From positions 1 through 56,186 of IMG/VR virus record IMGVR_UViG_3300030012_002778: a stretch of 56,186 bases of DNA; one strand, written 5' to 3'. How positions within the stretch are numbered: the first letter of the stretch is position 1; the number at the start of each line of letters is the position of its first letter. Position numbers and translations under genes: made by a program. Of this stretch, positions 30,824 through 39,473 are shown piece after piece. Below the pieces are notes generated by a model, which was not told the DNA's origin, ran no database searches, and worked only from the letters and a program-made list of their open reading frames with translations. This DNA comes from a virus (taxonomy: Duplodnaviria > Caudoviricetes).

Positions 30824-31930
30824 TTATCTTCTCCATAATCTTGCTTGCCACATTTTAGAAATAACTTTCATGTCCGGGCTTTTTGCACCATCTCCGAACT
30901 TTTCTCTTGCAGTTTTTCTATAATCAAAGCCTCGCTTTCTAGCATTTTGCCACGCTCTATAACCGTTAGGGGCTTTGTTAGTTCCTGCTCTCTTTAACGC
31001 TCTATCAACCAATTCAATGATTGGAGTAGCAGTAGAAGTCAATTTAAAATCAACAATTTTACCCGCAGGAGTTTTCTTATCTCCTTCGGCATTAAATCTA
31101 GCAAGACTCGCTACAAGTTCTTGGTCTTTATTCATTAACTTAAAAGTTCTAGATTGTAAGTCCTGCCTTACTTTATTGACTAAGAGTTTTCCACCTGCAC
31201 TCCAAAAAGCAGTATTTTTTATTACCTTGTCAAAATAATCTTCAATAGCACTAATTTCTTCATAGTCTCTAGGGGGTGCGCCACCCCTTACTTCTTCTAT
31301 CTCTAATTCATCTATTATAATATCCTTAAGAGCATCTTTAGCATCTCTCATAATATGTAGTAGTCCTTTTGGTTTAGCAAATTGTGTTTCTGTTTCAGAA
31401 AATAATGCTTGATGTGGAGGATTATTACCTGCTCTCCATTCGGGAGGAGTTGCCTTTTTTCCGGTTTTTTTCTCATAATTTTCAGTTCGATAGTGGCCTC
31501 TAACTTTTACCTTTCTTCGTCTTCTTCCACCCCTTGTCGTGGTAAACTCGGTAAAGAGAATATCTTTAGGGTCTAGTGAAGTATCTTGTAATGCTTCTAA
31601 TACATCAGCCATAGCATCAACAACAAAAATTTCTTGGTCTCTAATTAGTCCACCATCTAATATTCCTTCAATGACCTGTAGTGCTTCTCTTGCTCCTTGG
31701 CCTTCTTTATCTGAATTTACCGAATTTGGTCTTATGTTTCCAAATACATGAGTAAAAAGAAAATCATATAATGATGGGACATTTTCTACCATCAGCGTTT
31801 CGCCACTAATTCCTTGACAATTATCTTTCCAAGTTTGATAGTCCTTAGCGAACTTGATAGAATCTAAGTTTTGGTTGAAGGTATTTCCTTGAAATTCGGC
31901 CTGTCTCTTTTTCTTAGTTTCCTTCACCAT
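30824..31930 (-). CDS. Hypothetical protein
   Basis: Likely start MVKETKK at 31930; Arg-rich segment VRGHYR. Confidence 0.7.
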   Translation of the reverse strand: MVKETKKKRQAEFQGNTFNQNLDSIKFAKDYQTWKDNCQGISGETLMVENVPSLYDFLFTHVFGNIRPNSVNSDKEGQGAREALQVIEGILDGGLIRDQEIFVVDAMADVLEALQDTSLDPKDILFTEFTTTRGGRRRRKVKVRGHYRTENYEKKTGKKATPPEWRAGNNPPHQALFSETETQFAKPKGLLHIMRDAKDALKDIIIDELEIEEVRGGAPPRDYEEISAIEDYFDKVIKNTAFWSAGGKLLVNKVRQDLQSRTFKLMNKDQELVASLARFNAEGDKKTPAGKIVDFKLTSTATPIIELVDRALKRAGTNKAPNGYRAWQNARKRGFDYRKTAREKFGDGAKSPDMKVISKMWQARLWRR

Positions 31931-32069
31931 TTTCTTCATCCTCTTTCTTTTTCTTTTTTCTATGATATCCATATGTGACATTGAACAAAGCCGGGGAAGA
32001 AGTTGTTGTTACTGCCCCTGCCATTTTCTTCTCGTCATCTTCGACTTTAAGAATATCCCTCCAAGTCAT
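31914..32069 (-). CDS. 51-aa W-tag microprotein (not in ORF track)
   Basis: MTWRDILKVEDDEKKMAGAVTTTSSPALFNVTYG...N*. Confidence 0.7.
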   Translation of the reverse strand: MTWRDILKVEDDEKKMAGAVTTTSSPALFNVTYGYHRKKKKKEDEENGEGN

Positions 32070-32324
32070 TTATTCTAAACCGCCTTCATTATCCTTTGCG
32101 TAATAATTTTTTAGCCATTCTATTCTGTAATTTAATCTATCAGCAATTTTTTGTAAATCATCCAAAGTAAATCTGTTATTATAACTACTACCTTCTTCGC
32201 TTTTTTGACCTTCCAGTTTTCTATCAAAGGCTCTACCATTTAAAATATCTTCAACGAATTCATTGATTTCTGATTCATCAGCGTCTTTAGTTAATTTAAA
32301 CTTCAATATTTTTTCCCAAGACAT
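32070..32324 (-). CDS. W-tag small protein
   Basis: Likely start MSWEKILK at 32324. Confidence 0.7.
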   Translation of the reverse strand: MSWEKILKFKLTKDADESEINEFVEDILNGRAFDRKLEGQKSEEGSSYNNRFTLDDLQKIADRLNYRIEWLKNYYAKDNEGGLE

Positions 32325-32325
32325 A

Positions 32326-32661
32326 TCATCCCTCCTGTTCTTTACGCCTTCTTTCTTTTTCTTCTTCTGCTTTTCTACGATTTTCTTCTGCTTTAGGAAA
32401 GTTTTTAAATGGATTAAATGGCTCATCTCTTCTTCTTCTTGTTCTTCCAATTCCAGCAAGATAAGTGTTCTTTTTACCTTCTTCAATTATTCTAGCCATC
32501 TCTTCTTTTGTAGGTAGTGGTTTTGGCTCTTCGACCTTTTTTGGTTTAGGCTCTTTAGGAATAAACTCCCTCTCGCTTTCACGGTCTATTTTTCGTTGTT
32601 GTGCTTCTCTAACTTTTTTAGAATCTCTAGGATTCCTTTTCAATACATCTTCCCAATTCAT
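32326..32661 (-). CDS. W-tag charged small protein
   Basis: MNWEDVLKR; contains RRDEPFNPF, shared with the C-terminus of the 22054 ORF (RREEPFNPF). Confidence 0.7.
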   Translation of the reverse strand: MNWEDVLKRNPRDSKKVREAQQRKIDRESEREFIPKEPKPKKVEEPKPLPTKEEMARIIEEGKKNTYLAGIGRTRRRRDEPFNPFKNFPKAEENRRKAEEEKERRRKEQEG

Positions 32662-32765
32662 TTCTTATCACCTGTTACAAAACACTTTTTTGTTTTAGAT
32701 TCTTTTTCATCAACTTCTTTTGATTTTGCATCAAACCAAGCATCTAAGTAATTACACCTTGTCAT
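32658..32765 (-). CDS. 35-aa microprotein (not in ORF track)
   Basis: MTRCNYLDAWFDAKSKE...GDKK*, fills the gap, GGTGA RBS. Confidence 0.5.
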   Translation of the reverse strand: MTRCNYLDAWFDAKSKEVDEKESKTKKCFVTGDKK

Positions 32766-32770
32766 ATTAT

Positions 32771-33181
32771 TCACCTAATAGATTGCATTAAATCATCTGC
32801 TAAATCCGTAAATTCTTTGGCTCGGCCTTCAAGATACTTTCTGCTCTTCGCATTTCTTCTCGCAAATTCGCCATATCCCTGCATGTCTCCGGCTCGTTGG
32901 CCGTCTGTTGGCGATACATTATCTGTTGAATCGCCAACACCATATAAGAGATAATTGGAGTAAATTCTCAAAGCAGCAACTATTCCCTCTACTACCTCTT
33001 GGGCTTCCTCTTGACCTACTAATTGTTTTAGATATTTAGCATTCTTATTGAAAGTGTCAGCCATCTGCATGAGGCCAATTCTCATATTCTTAAATTGCTT
33101 TTGATTTAATCCCTCTAACATTTCTTCGCTCATTCTTGGCCCTTGTTTTGGTTCTTCTTTTATTATATCTTTCCATGTCAT
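32771..33181 (-). CDS. W-tag small protein
   Basis: MTWKDIIKEE start at 33181. Confidence 0.75.
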   Translation of the reverse strand: MTWKDIIKEEPKQGPRMSEEMLEGLNQKQFKNMRIGLMQMADTFNKNAKYLKQLVGQEEAQEVVEGIVAALRIYSNYLLYGVGDSTDNVSPTDGQRAGDMQGYGEFARRNAKSRKYLEGRAKEFTDLADDLMQSIR

Positions 33182-33182
33182 A

Positions 33183-33338
33183 TTAATCATCTCTCTTCAT
33201 TCTCTTTTCGTCATCAAATTGAGGAATAAGCGGTTGTTCTATAGAAGGCAATCCTTGTTTTACTCTCTCTCTTGCTCTCTTTACATGCTCCGGAAGTTCT
33301 TCTTCCTCTTCATTCTTTAGAATTTTTTTCCAAGACAT
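33183..33338 (-). CDS. 51-aa W-tag microprotein (not in ORF track)
   Basis: MSWKKILKNEEEEELPEHVKRARE...DD*. Confidence 0.7.
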   Translation of the reverse strand: MSWKKILKNEEEEELPEHVKRARERVKQGLPSIEQPLIPQFDDEKRMKRDD

Positions 33339-33340
33339 AA

Positions 33341-34348
33341 TTAATCCTTCCTAGTAAATGGATTTTTAGATTTAGGCTTTTTCTTAGCATCTTTAGCCGC
33401 TTGTTTCATAGATTCTTTCTTATTACCATCTTTATCTAAATCTATAAAATCAGGTTTTGGTTCAGTCTTTTCAAATTCCTCGGCTTCTTCTTCTAATTTT
33501 TCTGTGGTCTTCAGCACTTCTTTCCAATTCATATCAATCTCCTCCACATAGTTTTTACTTAACTCCATAGGTTCATCCTTTAGATGCTTTTCTTCAAATC
33601 TTTTGATAGCCTCAATTACCCTGCTTTTTCTTAGCGAGTCTTGCCATGAAGCATTTTTACTATCATCAAATCTATATTTACTTCTCATCCTTTCAAGGAC
33701 ATCTCTTAATGATGCTTGATGTATTCCGGAAAAGAACGGTTTTCCTTGCAGTTTCGACAAAAATTGACTAAATGAATTAATATCTTCTTGGCTATATGAC
33801 TCATCACTTTCGATTGCCTGTATTAGTTCTTGAATGTCCCTATCTATTATTTTTCTTCTTTCGGAATTTAATTTATCATCGGAAAGCCTTTCACTAAAAG
33901 TAAGAACCATTCTATCCAATGCTTGTTTCAAATTAGAATCTTTTACTTCTTCAGCCAACTCGGTTATGTCTTCTTCAGCAATTTTTGGTGTAATTTCTGC
34001 TAATCCTTCCTTAACAGTTTTACTATATTTTCTTGCTCTTGCCGCACTATCCTCTTGTGTTTTATTTCTGTTTTCTGCACTTGCCACATCTTCATAACCT
34101 ATATGTTTTGAAGGGTTTAATAATAACTTTTCTTCTCCTGTTTTTGGGTTAATCTCCCCTTTAGTATTAGTGTTTCTAACATAATACCTAGTCTGCATTC
34201 CTGCATAAATTAGACTAATTAACTCATCTCTCTTTTTTGCAGGAACATTAAGTTTATCAACATAATTTTCTGCATACACCATAAGTTCATCTTTAGCATC
34301 TTTGTCTAAATCAGACCCTAGCATAACTTCGCCCATTTTTCTTATCAT
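33341..34348 (-). CDS. Hypothetical protein with two internal W-tags and a C-terminal DLDKDGNKKESMK (EF-hand-loop-like) motif
   Basis: ASWQDSLRKS, MNWKEVLKT, PDFIDLDKDGNKKESMKQA. Confidence 0.7.
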   Translation of the reverse strand: MIRKMGEVMLGSDLDKDAKDELMVYAENYVDKLNVPAKKRDELISLIYAGMQTRYYVRNTNTKGEINPKTGEEKLLLNPSKHIGYEDVASAENRNKTQEDSAARARKYSKTVKEGLAEITPKIAEEDITELAEEVKDSNLKQALDRMVLTFSERLSDDKLNSERRKIIDRDIQELIQAIESDESYSQEDINSFSQFLSKLQGKPFFSGIHQASLRDVLERMRSKYRFDDSKNASWQDSLRKSRVIEAIKRFEEKHLKDEPMELSKNYVEEIDMNWKEVLKTTEKLEEEAEEFEKTEPKPDFIDLDKDGNKKESMKQAAKDAKKKPKSKNPFTRKD

Positions 34349-34761
34349 TTTCTTCCACTCCCCATTCTTGGGTGTTTTCTATTCATCTCTCTAGCCCTGT
34401 CAATAAGACTAGTAGTTTTTCTTGGGGATTTATCTTCTTGATATAGGTCTTCTAACTTAGCAAGATAAGTTTCGACCATTTCCTTATTCTTATTTCTCGC
34501 TTCTTTACTGTTGTCCCTAGACATTCTAGGAGCCATAGGTAAATTTCTCATCATAGAAACCAATGACATTCTTAGCCTATCTGCATCTTCTTCAGCAATA
34601 TCATCAACATATATCTCTAAAGTTTTTTCAATGGCTGGCCTCACTTTAGTTAGAACCGTTTTCAACTTATCTTGTCTAGCCTGTTCCATATCTTCGGGAG
34701 CATACCTTTCACCCAGTTTACGGGCTTCATCCATGTCTAGTTTGAGTATGTCCTTCCACAT
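34345..34761 (-). CDS. W-tag small protein
   Basis: MWKDILKL start. Confidence 0.75.
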   Translation of the reverse strand: MWKDILKLDMDEARKLGERYAPEDMEQARQDKLKTVLTKVRPAIEKTLEIYVDDIAEEDADRLRMSLVSMMRNLPMAPRMSRDNSKEARNKNKEMVETYLAKLEDLYQEDKSPRKTTSLIDRAREMNRKHPRMGSGRK

Positions 34762-35013
34762 TTATTTTTCACCCAATAAATATTTTAGGCTATCATCATA
34801 GAAGTTCTCAAAATCATCTACATTTCTAACCTTATCTAATTGTTCTAATTTTACGGTGGCTAAATCTTCAGTTTTTCCCCTTTCTGTGGTTTTAGCCCTA
34901 CCACGCATACCTTCTAGTTTAGCCCTTATTTCCGGGATTTTTTTATCCATATTGGCTTGCCTACCAAACTGTAAAAGAGTAGTTTGGGCTTTTAGTATGT
35001 CTTTCCATGTCAT
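34762..35013 (-). CDS. W-tag small protein
   Basis: MTWKDILKA start, AGGTGA RBS. Confidence 0.75.
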   Translation of the reverse strand: MTWKDILKAQTTLLQFGRQANMDKKIPEIRAKLEGMRGRAKTTERGKTEDLATVKLEQLDKVRNVDDFENFYDDSLKYLLGEK

Positions 35014-35057
35014 ATTATCACCTAAAATTTATCAAAAAAAATTGTGGGGAATTTTTT

Positions 35058-35462
35058 TCACAGGCTTTTCAAATACTTGTGAAATTCATCAATGATAGAA
35101 GAATCCATTTGTATTGTTCTTACTACCTGATTTGGAATTTTAGCCAGTGCTGCTATTTCATTTGAATAGTTATATTTTCTCGGATTATACACTACATTTC
35201 TAACAAAGCCTTTAACTCTATTAGCAAACTCTTCCAAAGAGTAAGTTTTCCTTAAATCAGGAACACTAACAGTATTTCCTTCAAAACGCAAATATCCGGA
35301 ATCAGGTCTGCTTACTAATAGTTCTTTTGATTGTCTTATTACATCATTTTCATAGGCTTTAGCCCAATTATCCATTTGCTGCCTATATTCATTAGTTATA
35401 GGTTGTCCTTCACCCATTCTTGGTGGTAATTCTGCTTTTCTTATCATATCTTTCCAATTCAT
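35058..35462 (-). CDS. W-tag small protein (first gene of left-arm run)
   Basis: MNWKDMIRKA start. Confidence 0.75.
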   Translation of the reverse strand: MNWKDMIRKAELPPRMGEGQPITNEYRQQMDNWAKAYENDVIRQSKELLVSRPDSGYLRFEGNTVSVPDLRKTYSLEEFANRVKGFVRNVVYNPRKYNYSNEIAALAKIPNQVVRTIQMDSSIIDEFHKYLKSL

Positions 35463-35874
35463 CTTATCATGTCCTTTTTTCTCAAAAAATGTGGCGGAAT
35501 TTATTTGGGACTTGCGTTTTTAAAAAAATTATATGGTTTATATAAACAGGATAAAAAGTTGTTTCTTTAATTATTCTCCTTTAAAGTTTATAGTTGCGGC
35601 CCGTTATAGCATTGTTCGTTTAAATCGTTTTATTATATTAGCAGTATTGATTGTTTATTTGTTTAGACTGTTTAATTATTGTTTCTTATTCTAGTATAGT
35701 GGGCTAAATAGCATAAGTTGTTATTGTCACGAACATATTAGTTGCTTAGTAAAAGGCAGAACAGTCAATGATATAATAGTATGGGCAAAGTAGGCTAATA
35801 TATTAAGCAAAACTGCCTTTTTTGTTGATTTAAAACCACTCATTTAAACGAACAGTAAAATAAAAATTTTGAAA

Positions 35875-35930
35875 CAAAGCCATATGGTTGTGTAATCTTT
35901 TAGGCTATACAACCATATGGTATTGCTTTG
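35875..35930. repeat. Cassette-delimiting palindrome R1 (inverted double copy)
   Basis: caaagccatatggttgt...acaaccatatggtattgctttg. Confidence 0.85.
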
Positions 35931-35966
35931 CTATACCCTGCCTAATTAGGACTTACGGATTATGGC

Positions 35967-36677
35967 TTAAGAATGAGCCTTCTTAGCCTCCTTAACACGG
36001 TTAATGATGTCAGGAGCGCATTCGCTACGACTTGCTGTTTTAGCATCGAAATGACAACCAATAGTAGCGTTGTTGATATCATAGCCAAACTTCTTGAGTT
36101 TCAAACGACCCTCAATAGTGCTTTGAATCTTAGCCATATCGTTTAGTGTTTCATTAACCATAACTTCTTCAATAGTGTTTTTGCGCTGAATGCCTTCAGG
36201 CTCCCATGTAGTTGTAAACCTAAGAATAACACCATCAGTAGAATTTGATAGCGTAACAGCCATAGTTTGTCCACTATCATATTCTATTTTACGGTCATAC
36301 CAGTCATTTTGTTCTCCATCCAATTCAAAATCAACACGGACAATACTGCCTTGCACCATTACCCACTTCTTAGATGTCTTGTCTACTTTAGCATCAACAC
36401 AATCTATAGCCAAAAATGGGCTAAATGCATCAAAGGCTTGATTTCTATCAGTATAGTATTTAGTTTCAAATATGACCTCATTATCCATAACGATTTGATA
36501 GGTCTTTTTGGTTTCTGTTATTTCATTAAATCCATATTTAGGCTTGTTACCAAAATGAGTGCGTATGGTAATACCTTTCTTTTGCAGTTCATGTGCTAAT
36601 TTAGCAAATTGAAGGTCGTCCATCTTCTCTCCGTAATCAATCTCCATAGTTCTTACATAGGTTATATTGCTTGACAT
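35967..36677 (-). CDS. Cassette 1 hypothetical protein
   Basis: 236 aa, apparently leaderless downstream of R2. Confidence 0.8.
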   Translation of the reverse strand: MSSNITYVRTMEIDYGEKMDDLQFAKLAHELQKKGITIRTHFGNKPKYGFNEITETKKTYQIVMDNEVIFETKYYTDRNQAFDAFSPFLAIDCVDAKVDKTSKKWVMVQGSIVRVDFELDGEQNDWYDRKIEYDSGQTMAVTLSNSTDGVILRFTTTWEPEGIQRKNTIEEVMVNETLNDMAKIQSTIEGRLKLKKFGYDINNATIGCHFDAKTASRSECAPDIINRVKEAKKAHS

Positions 36678-36714
36678 ATCTATTTCTCAATTGATAGTAT
36701 TAGGGTTTTAGTTC

Positions 36715-36745
36715 CAAAGTAACTACAACCATATGGTTTGCTTTG
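36715..36745. repeat. Palindrome R2
   Basis: caaag taactaca accatatggt ttg ctttg. Confidence 0.9.
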
Positions 36746-36789
36746 CATAACCGTAACCACAAGGGCTACAGGGGGAATAAGCGTTAAAC

Positions 36790-37287
36790 CTATTCATTAG
36801 CCTCCTTATTTTTTACGGGAGGCGGAGACATTAGAGGGACATTACCCTCCATTGAACCATCCCAACGGTTTTCCTTATATCCCTTAACAAGAGCATCAAA
36901 GGCTTTTTGTCCGTATGATTCCGCTAAGTCATCAATTGTTTCATATGAGCCACCGGAGCGACCGTGAGGTAGTATGACCTTCAGAATAATATCTGCATCA
37001 GTAATACCCGCAAAGGCAGTTATAACCGCATTCTTTACAGAAGTCGCAGATAGTAGTATATCTTCTGGTAATGACGATTCTCGGCCTTTTCGAGCCATCG
37101 GGAAATCTGCAAATGTGCTACCGATACTTCTAATTGCAGTCCAATAAGTAGACCTTAAATCATCGTTATCACAAGCATTTCCTAATGCCATGGATAGAGT
37201 AATGGCTTGACCATTTTCTCCCCTGTCTTCTTTATCCAACCATAGTTGAACCTTTGCTGTGTTTATGTTCCAATTTTCTATTTTCAT
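36790..37287 (-). CDS. Cassette 2 protein, paralog family A
   Basis: LRSTYWTAIRSIGS..FP.ARKGRES..PHGRSGG shared with 38946 ORF; AGGAGGT RBS. Confidence 0.85.
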   Translation of the reverse strand: MKIENWNINTAKVQLWLDKEDRGENGQAITLSMALGNACDNDDLRSTYWTAIRSIGSTFADFPMARKGRESSLPEDILLSATSVKNAVITAFAGITDADIILKVILPHGRSGGSYETIDDLAESYGQKAFDALVKGYKENRWDGSMEGNVPLMSPPPVKNKEANE

Positions 37288-37371
37288 TTTTGTTACCTCC
37301 TAAACTAAAGTTTAACACTCAATCCCCCTGAGCAATAGATACGATACCTAATCGTATAAGGTTGGTATGTG

Positions 37372-37403
37372 CAAAGCAATCCCAACCATATGGTGTTACT
37401 TTG
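37372..37403. repeat. Palindrome R3
   Basis: caaag caatccca accatatggt gtta ctttg. Confidence 0.9.
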
Positions 37404-37410
37404 GTTAAAC

Positions 37411-37420
37411 GCCCGAAGGC
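37411..37420 (-). terminator. cUUCGg tetraloop hairpin at 3' end of cassette 3 (also 38490-38499, 38896-38905)
   Basis: Minus strand GCC-TTCG-GGC between the stop codon and the repeat. Confidence 0.5.
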
Positions 37421-37421
37421 T

Positions 37422-37772
37422 TTAGCCCCCTACAAGAGTATGGGCGTTGTAGGTTTCTGTTTCTCTATCCCAATGATAGACTTGAACTAGAATATCATAT
37501 TCTGTTAGTTCGTATAAACCAAAAACTTCTGATGCCACAATGGTCATCGCTTGACTTAATCCAGTGACAAAGATATTGATACAATTTCCATCATTCCACA
37601 TTTGTTCTAGTTTTTCGTTTGCGATTAGTCGTAGTGTCTGAAAATCATTAGGATTCTCAATAGGTTCAGTAAAAATGTAATCGGTAATACCCTCAATATC
37701 ATGGCGACCCGCACACAATCCTACATTAACTACTACTCCGCCTTCATCATCTCCAATACTTCTTGTAAACAT
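37422..37772 (-). CDS. Cassette 3 small alpha/beta protein (GLC-GRH...VTGL...YHWD)
   Basis: Start reassigned to MFTRSIG at 37772 because the longer frame runs through repeat R4. Confidence 0.75.
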   Translation of the reverse strand: MFTRSIGDDEGGVVVNVGLCAGRHDIEGITDYIFTEPIENPNDFQTLRLIANEKLEQMWNDGNCINIFVTGLSQAMTIVASEVFGLYELTEYDILVQVYHWDRETETYNAHTLVGG

Positions 37773-37810
37773 GGTAAATGAATCAAATTCATTATGTAAG
37801 GTATGTTTAA

Positions 37811-37840
37811 CAAAGCACCATACCATATGGTTGTTCTTTG
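37811..37840. repeat. Palindrome R4 (opposite orientation to most copies)
   Basis: caaag caccat accatatggt tgtt ctttg; the CAACCATATGGT asymmetry reads on the minus strand. Confidence 0.9.
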
Positions 37841-37844
37841 AAGA

Positions 37845-38415
37845 ACCCCATGAAAGGGCTACACAGTAGCAGGGAACAATCATTATTGTAATTTTAATTT
37901 TTATTGATATACCTGTATAGCGTTTTTCATGGTGAACTATTATCGCTTTATCTATCGCTTAAGCACCAAATGAGTATGATAGAAACTTCGCCTACTCCAT
38001 ACATATCCGATTAACTGCACTTCTTCTTGATTTCCCTACAGTTTGCCATGGCTTACTGTATTGTTTACCCGTCTGTCTTACTACGCTGTGTTTCGGCTCG
38101 TTTCTATATGGTTTATGGCCAATCCGCCATATGGAATAAAAGGTGGGATAGTGGAGTGACTACCACTAATGATGATACGATTGGGTCGCATTCACTTTAG
38201 ACGCTCTTATATCTTAAGAGCCATCAAGCCAAGTATATCCAAGTTGTTAGTTAGGCAACTCCCCTTTTGAGGTTCAAGGATTTTTCATAGAGCCAATGAC
38301 CTCACGCTTTTACGCATCACCCATTGGATATGTCGCACTACACGAATACCTGCACATTACCCCCCGCCTAAAGGGGTATTCTGTCAATCCCTGTCGGTTC
38401 ATGACTCCCGACATA
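37845..38415. ncRNA. Candidate structured non-coding RNA occupying cassette 4
   Basis: No credible ORF between R4 and R5; many hairpins (38037-38060, 38149-38167, 38203-38221, 38242-38260, 38358-38378, 38392-38413) and long-range 38001-38010/38324-38333 pairing. Confidence 0.5.
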
Positions 38416-38450
38416 AAATATCATGAGATTCTGTATATGGTTTTAGATAC

Positions 38451-38482
38451 CAAAGATATCACAACCATATGGTATTGCTTTG
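38451..38482. repeat. Palindrome R5
   Basis: caaag atatcaca accatatggt attg ctttg. Confidence 0.9.
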
Positions 38483-38524
38483 TAATAATGCCCGAAGGCT
38501 TTCATGGTGTCTTTTCCTCCATAT

Positions 38525-38812
38525 TTATTCCTCCTCCTCGTATTCGTTAAATTCTGCCATGAACTTAATCATGTATTCCTCGAATATGTGCCAATTCATT
38601 ATTTTGTCTATGGTTTGGCCGACATGCTTTTGCTCAATTTCAATATTTAGAGGTGTTCCGATGACTTGATGATATGTGGTGTATATATCGCCATAATAGA
38701 TAGGAAGCATACTCTCAACATATTCGACGATATAATCATCATCATCATACTGTGCCTTGTATTCGATTACTTCATGTTCCCAATTAATATTATAATAGTT
38801 ATAATTTGACAT
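38525..38812 (-). CDS. Ocr (T7 gp0.3)-like acidic DNA-mimic protein
   Basis: DYIVEYVESMLPIYYGDIY resembles Ocr DAIHMAADNAVPHYYADIF; IDKIMNWHIFEE resembles VIRILQARIYEQ; acidic tail EYEEEE. Confidence 0.65.
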   Translation of the reverse strand: MSNYNYYNINWEHEVIEYKAQYDDDDYIVEYVESMLPIYYGDIYTTYHQVIGTPLNIEIEQKHVGQTIDKIMNWHIFEEYMIKFMAEFNEYEEEE

Positions 38813-38851
38813 GGTAAGCCCTTTTTGACCCTGTATTAACTAGGGTCGAAA

Positions 38852-38879
38852 CAAAGCACAACCATATGGTATTGCTTTG
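38852..38879. repeat. Palindrome R6
   Basis: caaag caca accatatggt attg ctttg. Confidence 0.9.
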
Positions 38880-38945
38880 TTATACCCCAATTAAACCCCG
38901 AAGGGAGTAATATGGGGCTACAACGGGAATAGTTGCAGTTTAGGC

Positions 38946-39473
38946 TCAAACCTCTTCCGAGTCCTCCATTTGAGCATCTTTCTCGGCCTTTGTAGGGCGA
39001 GGGGTGATTTGAGGGACACCCGCCTTATTCAACTTACCATCGAATCGGCCTTCTTTGATAGAAGCGACCATGTAGTTATGTGCTTGATTAACATAGTAAG
39101 CAGTCATTTCGTCCATTGATGAATAAACTCCGCCAGTTCGCCCGTGAGGAACTATTACGGCCAGTAGTGTTGCGTGGTATTCAGTAGGGATTGAAGCAAA
39201 GGCAGTTTCTACCACACTCTCCACATTGGCCAATGCAATCTGTTGTTCCTCGGTTAGAGTTGATTCTCGGCCTTTGCGGGCTGATGGAAAACCATCCATA
39301 GTAGAACCAATTGAACGAATTGCTGTCCAATATGTGCTTCTTAATTCGTCAGTAGCGGCATTGTCACCTAACGATAGGGACAGTAAAACCGCACTCAGGT
39401 TATCAGACTTAGGTTGCTTTTCAGCCCAAGCCCTCACTTTACTTGTATTTACATTCCAATTTGCTTGTTTCAT
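38946..39473 (-). CDS. Cassette 6 protein, paralog family A
   Basis: Start reassigned to MKQANWNVNT at 39473 (AGGAGGT RBS). Confidence 0.85.
   Translation of the reverse strand: MKQANWNVNTSKVRAWAEKQPKSDNLSAVLLSLSLGDNAATDELRSTYWTAIRSIGSTMDGFPSARKGRESTLTEEQQIALANVESVVETAFASIPTEYHATLLAVIVPHGRTGGVYSSMDEMTAYYVNQAHNYMVASIKEGRFDGKLNKAGVPQITPRPTKAEKDAQMEDSEEV

Noticed and set aside
436-35095. Plus-strand ORFs in the left arm (e.g. 8952-9437, 9441-9980, 28991-29386)
   Set aside because: Antisense shadows of well-supported minus-strand genes; Ser/Phe-rich composition and no RBS.
38296-38669. Plus-strand ORFs 38296-38550 and 38469-38669
   Set aside because: They run through repeat R5 and overlap the Ocr-like gene antisense; no start context.
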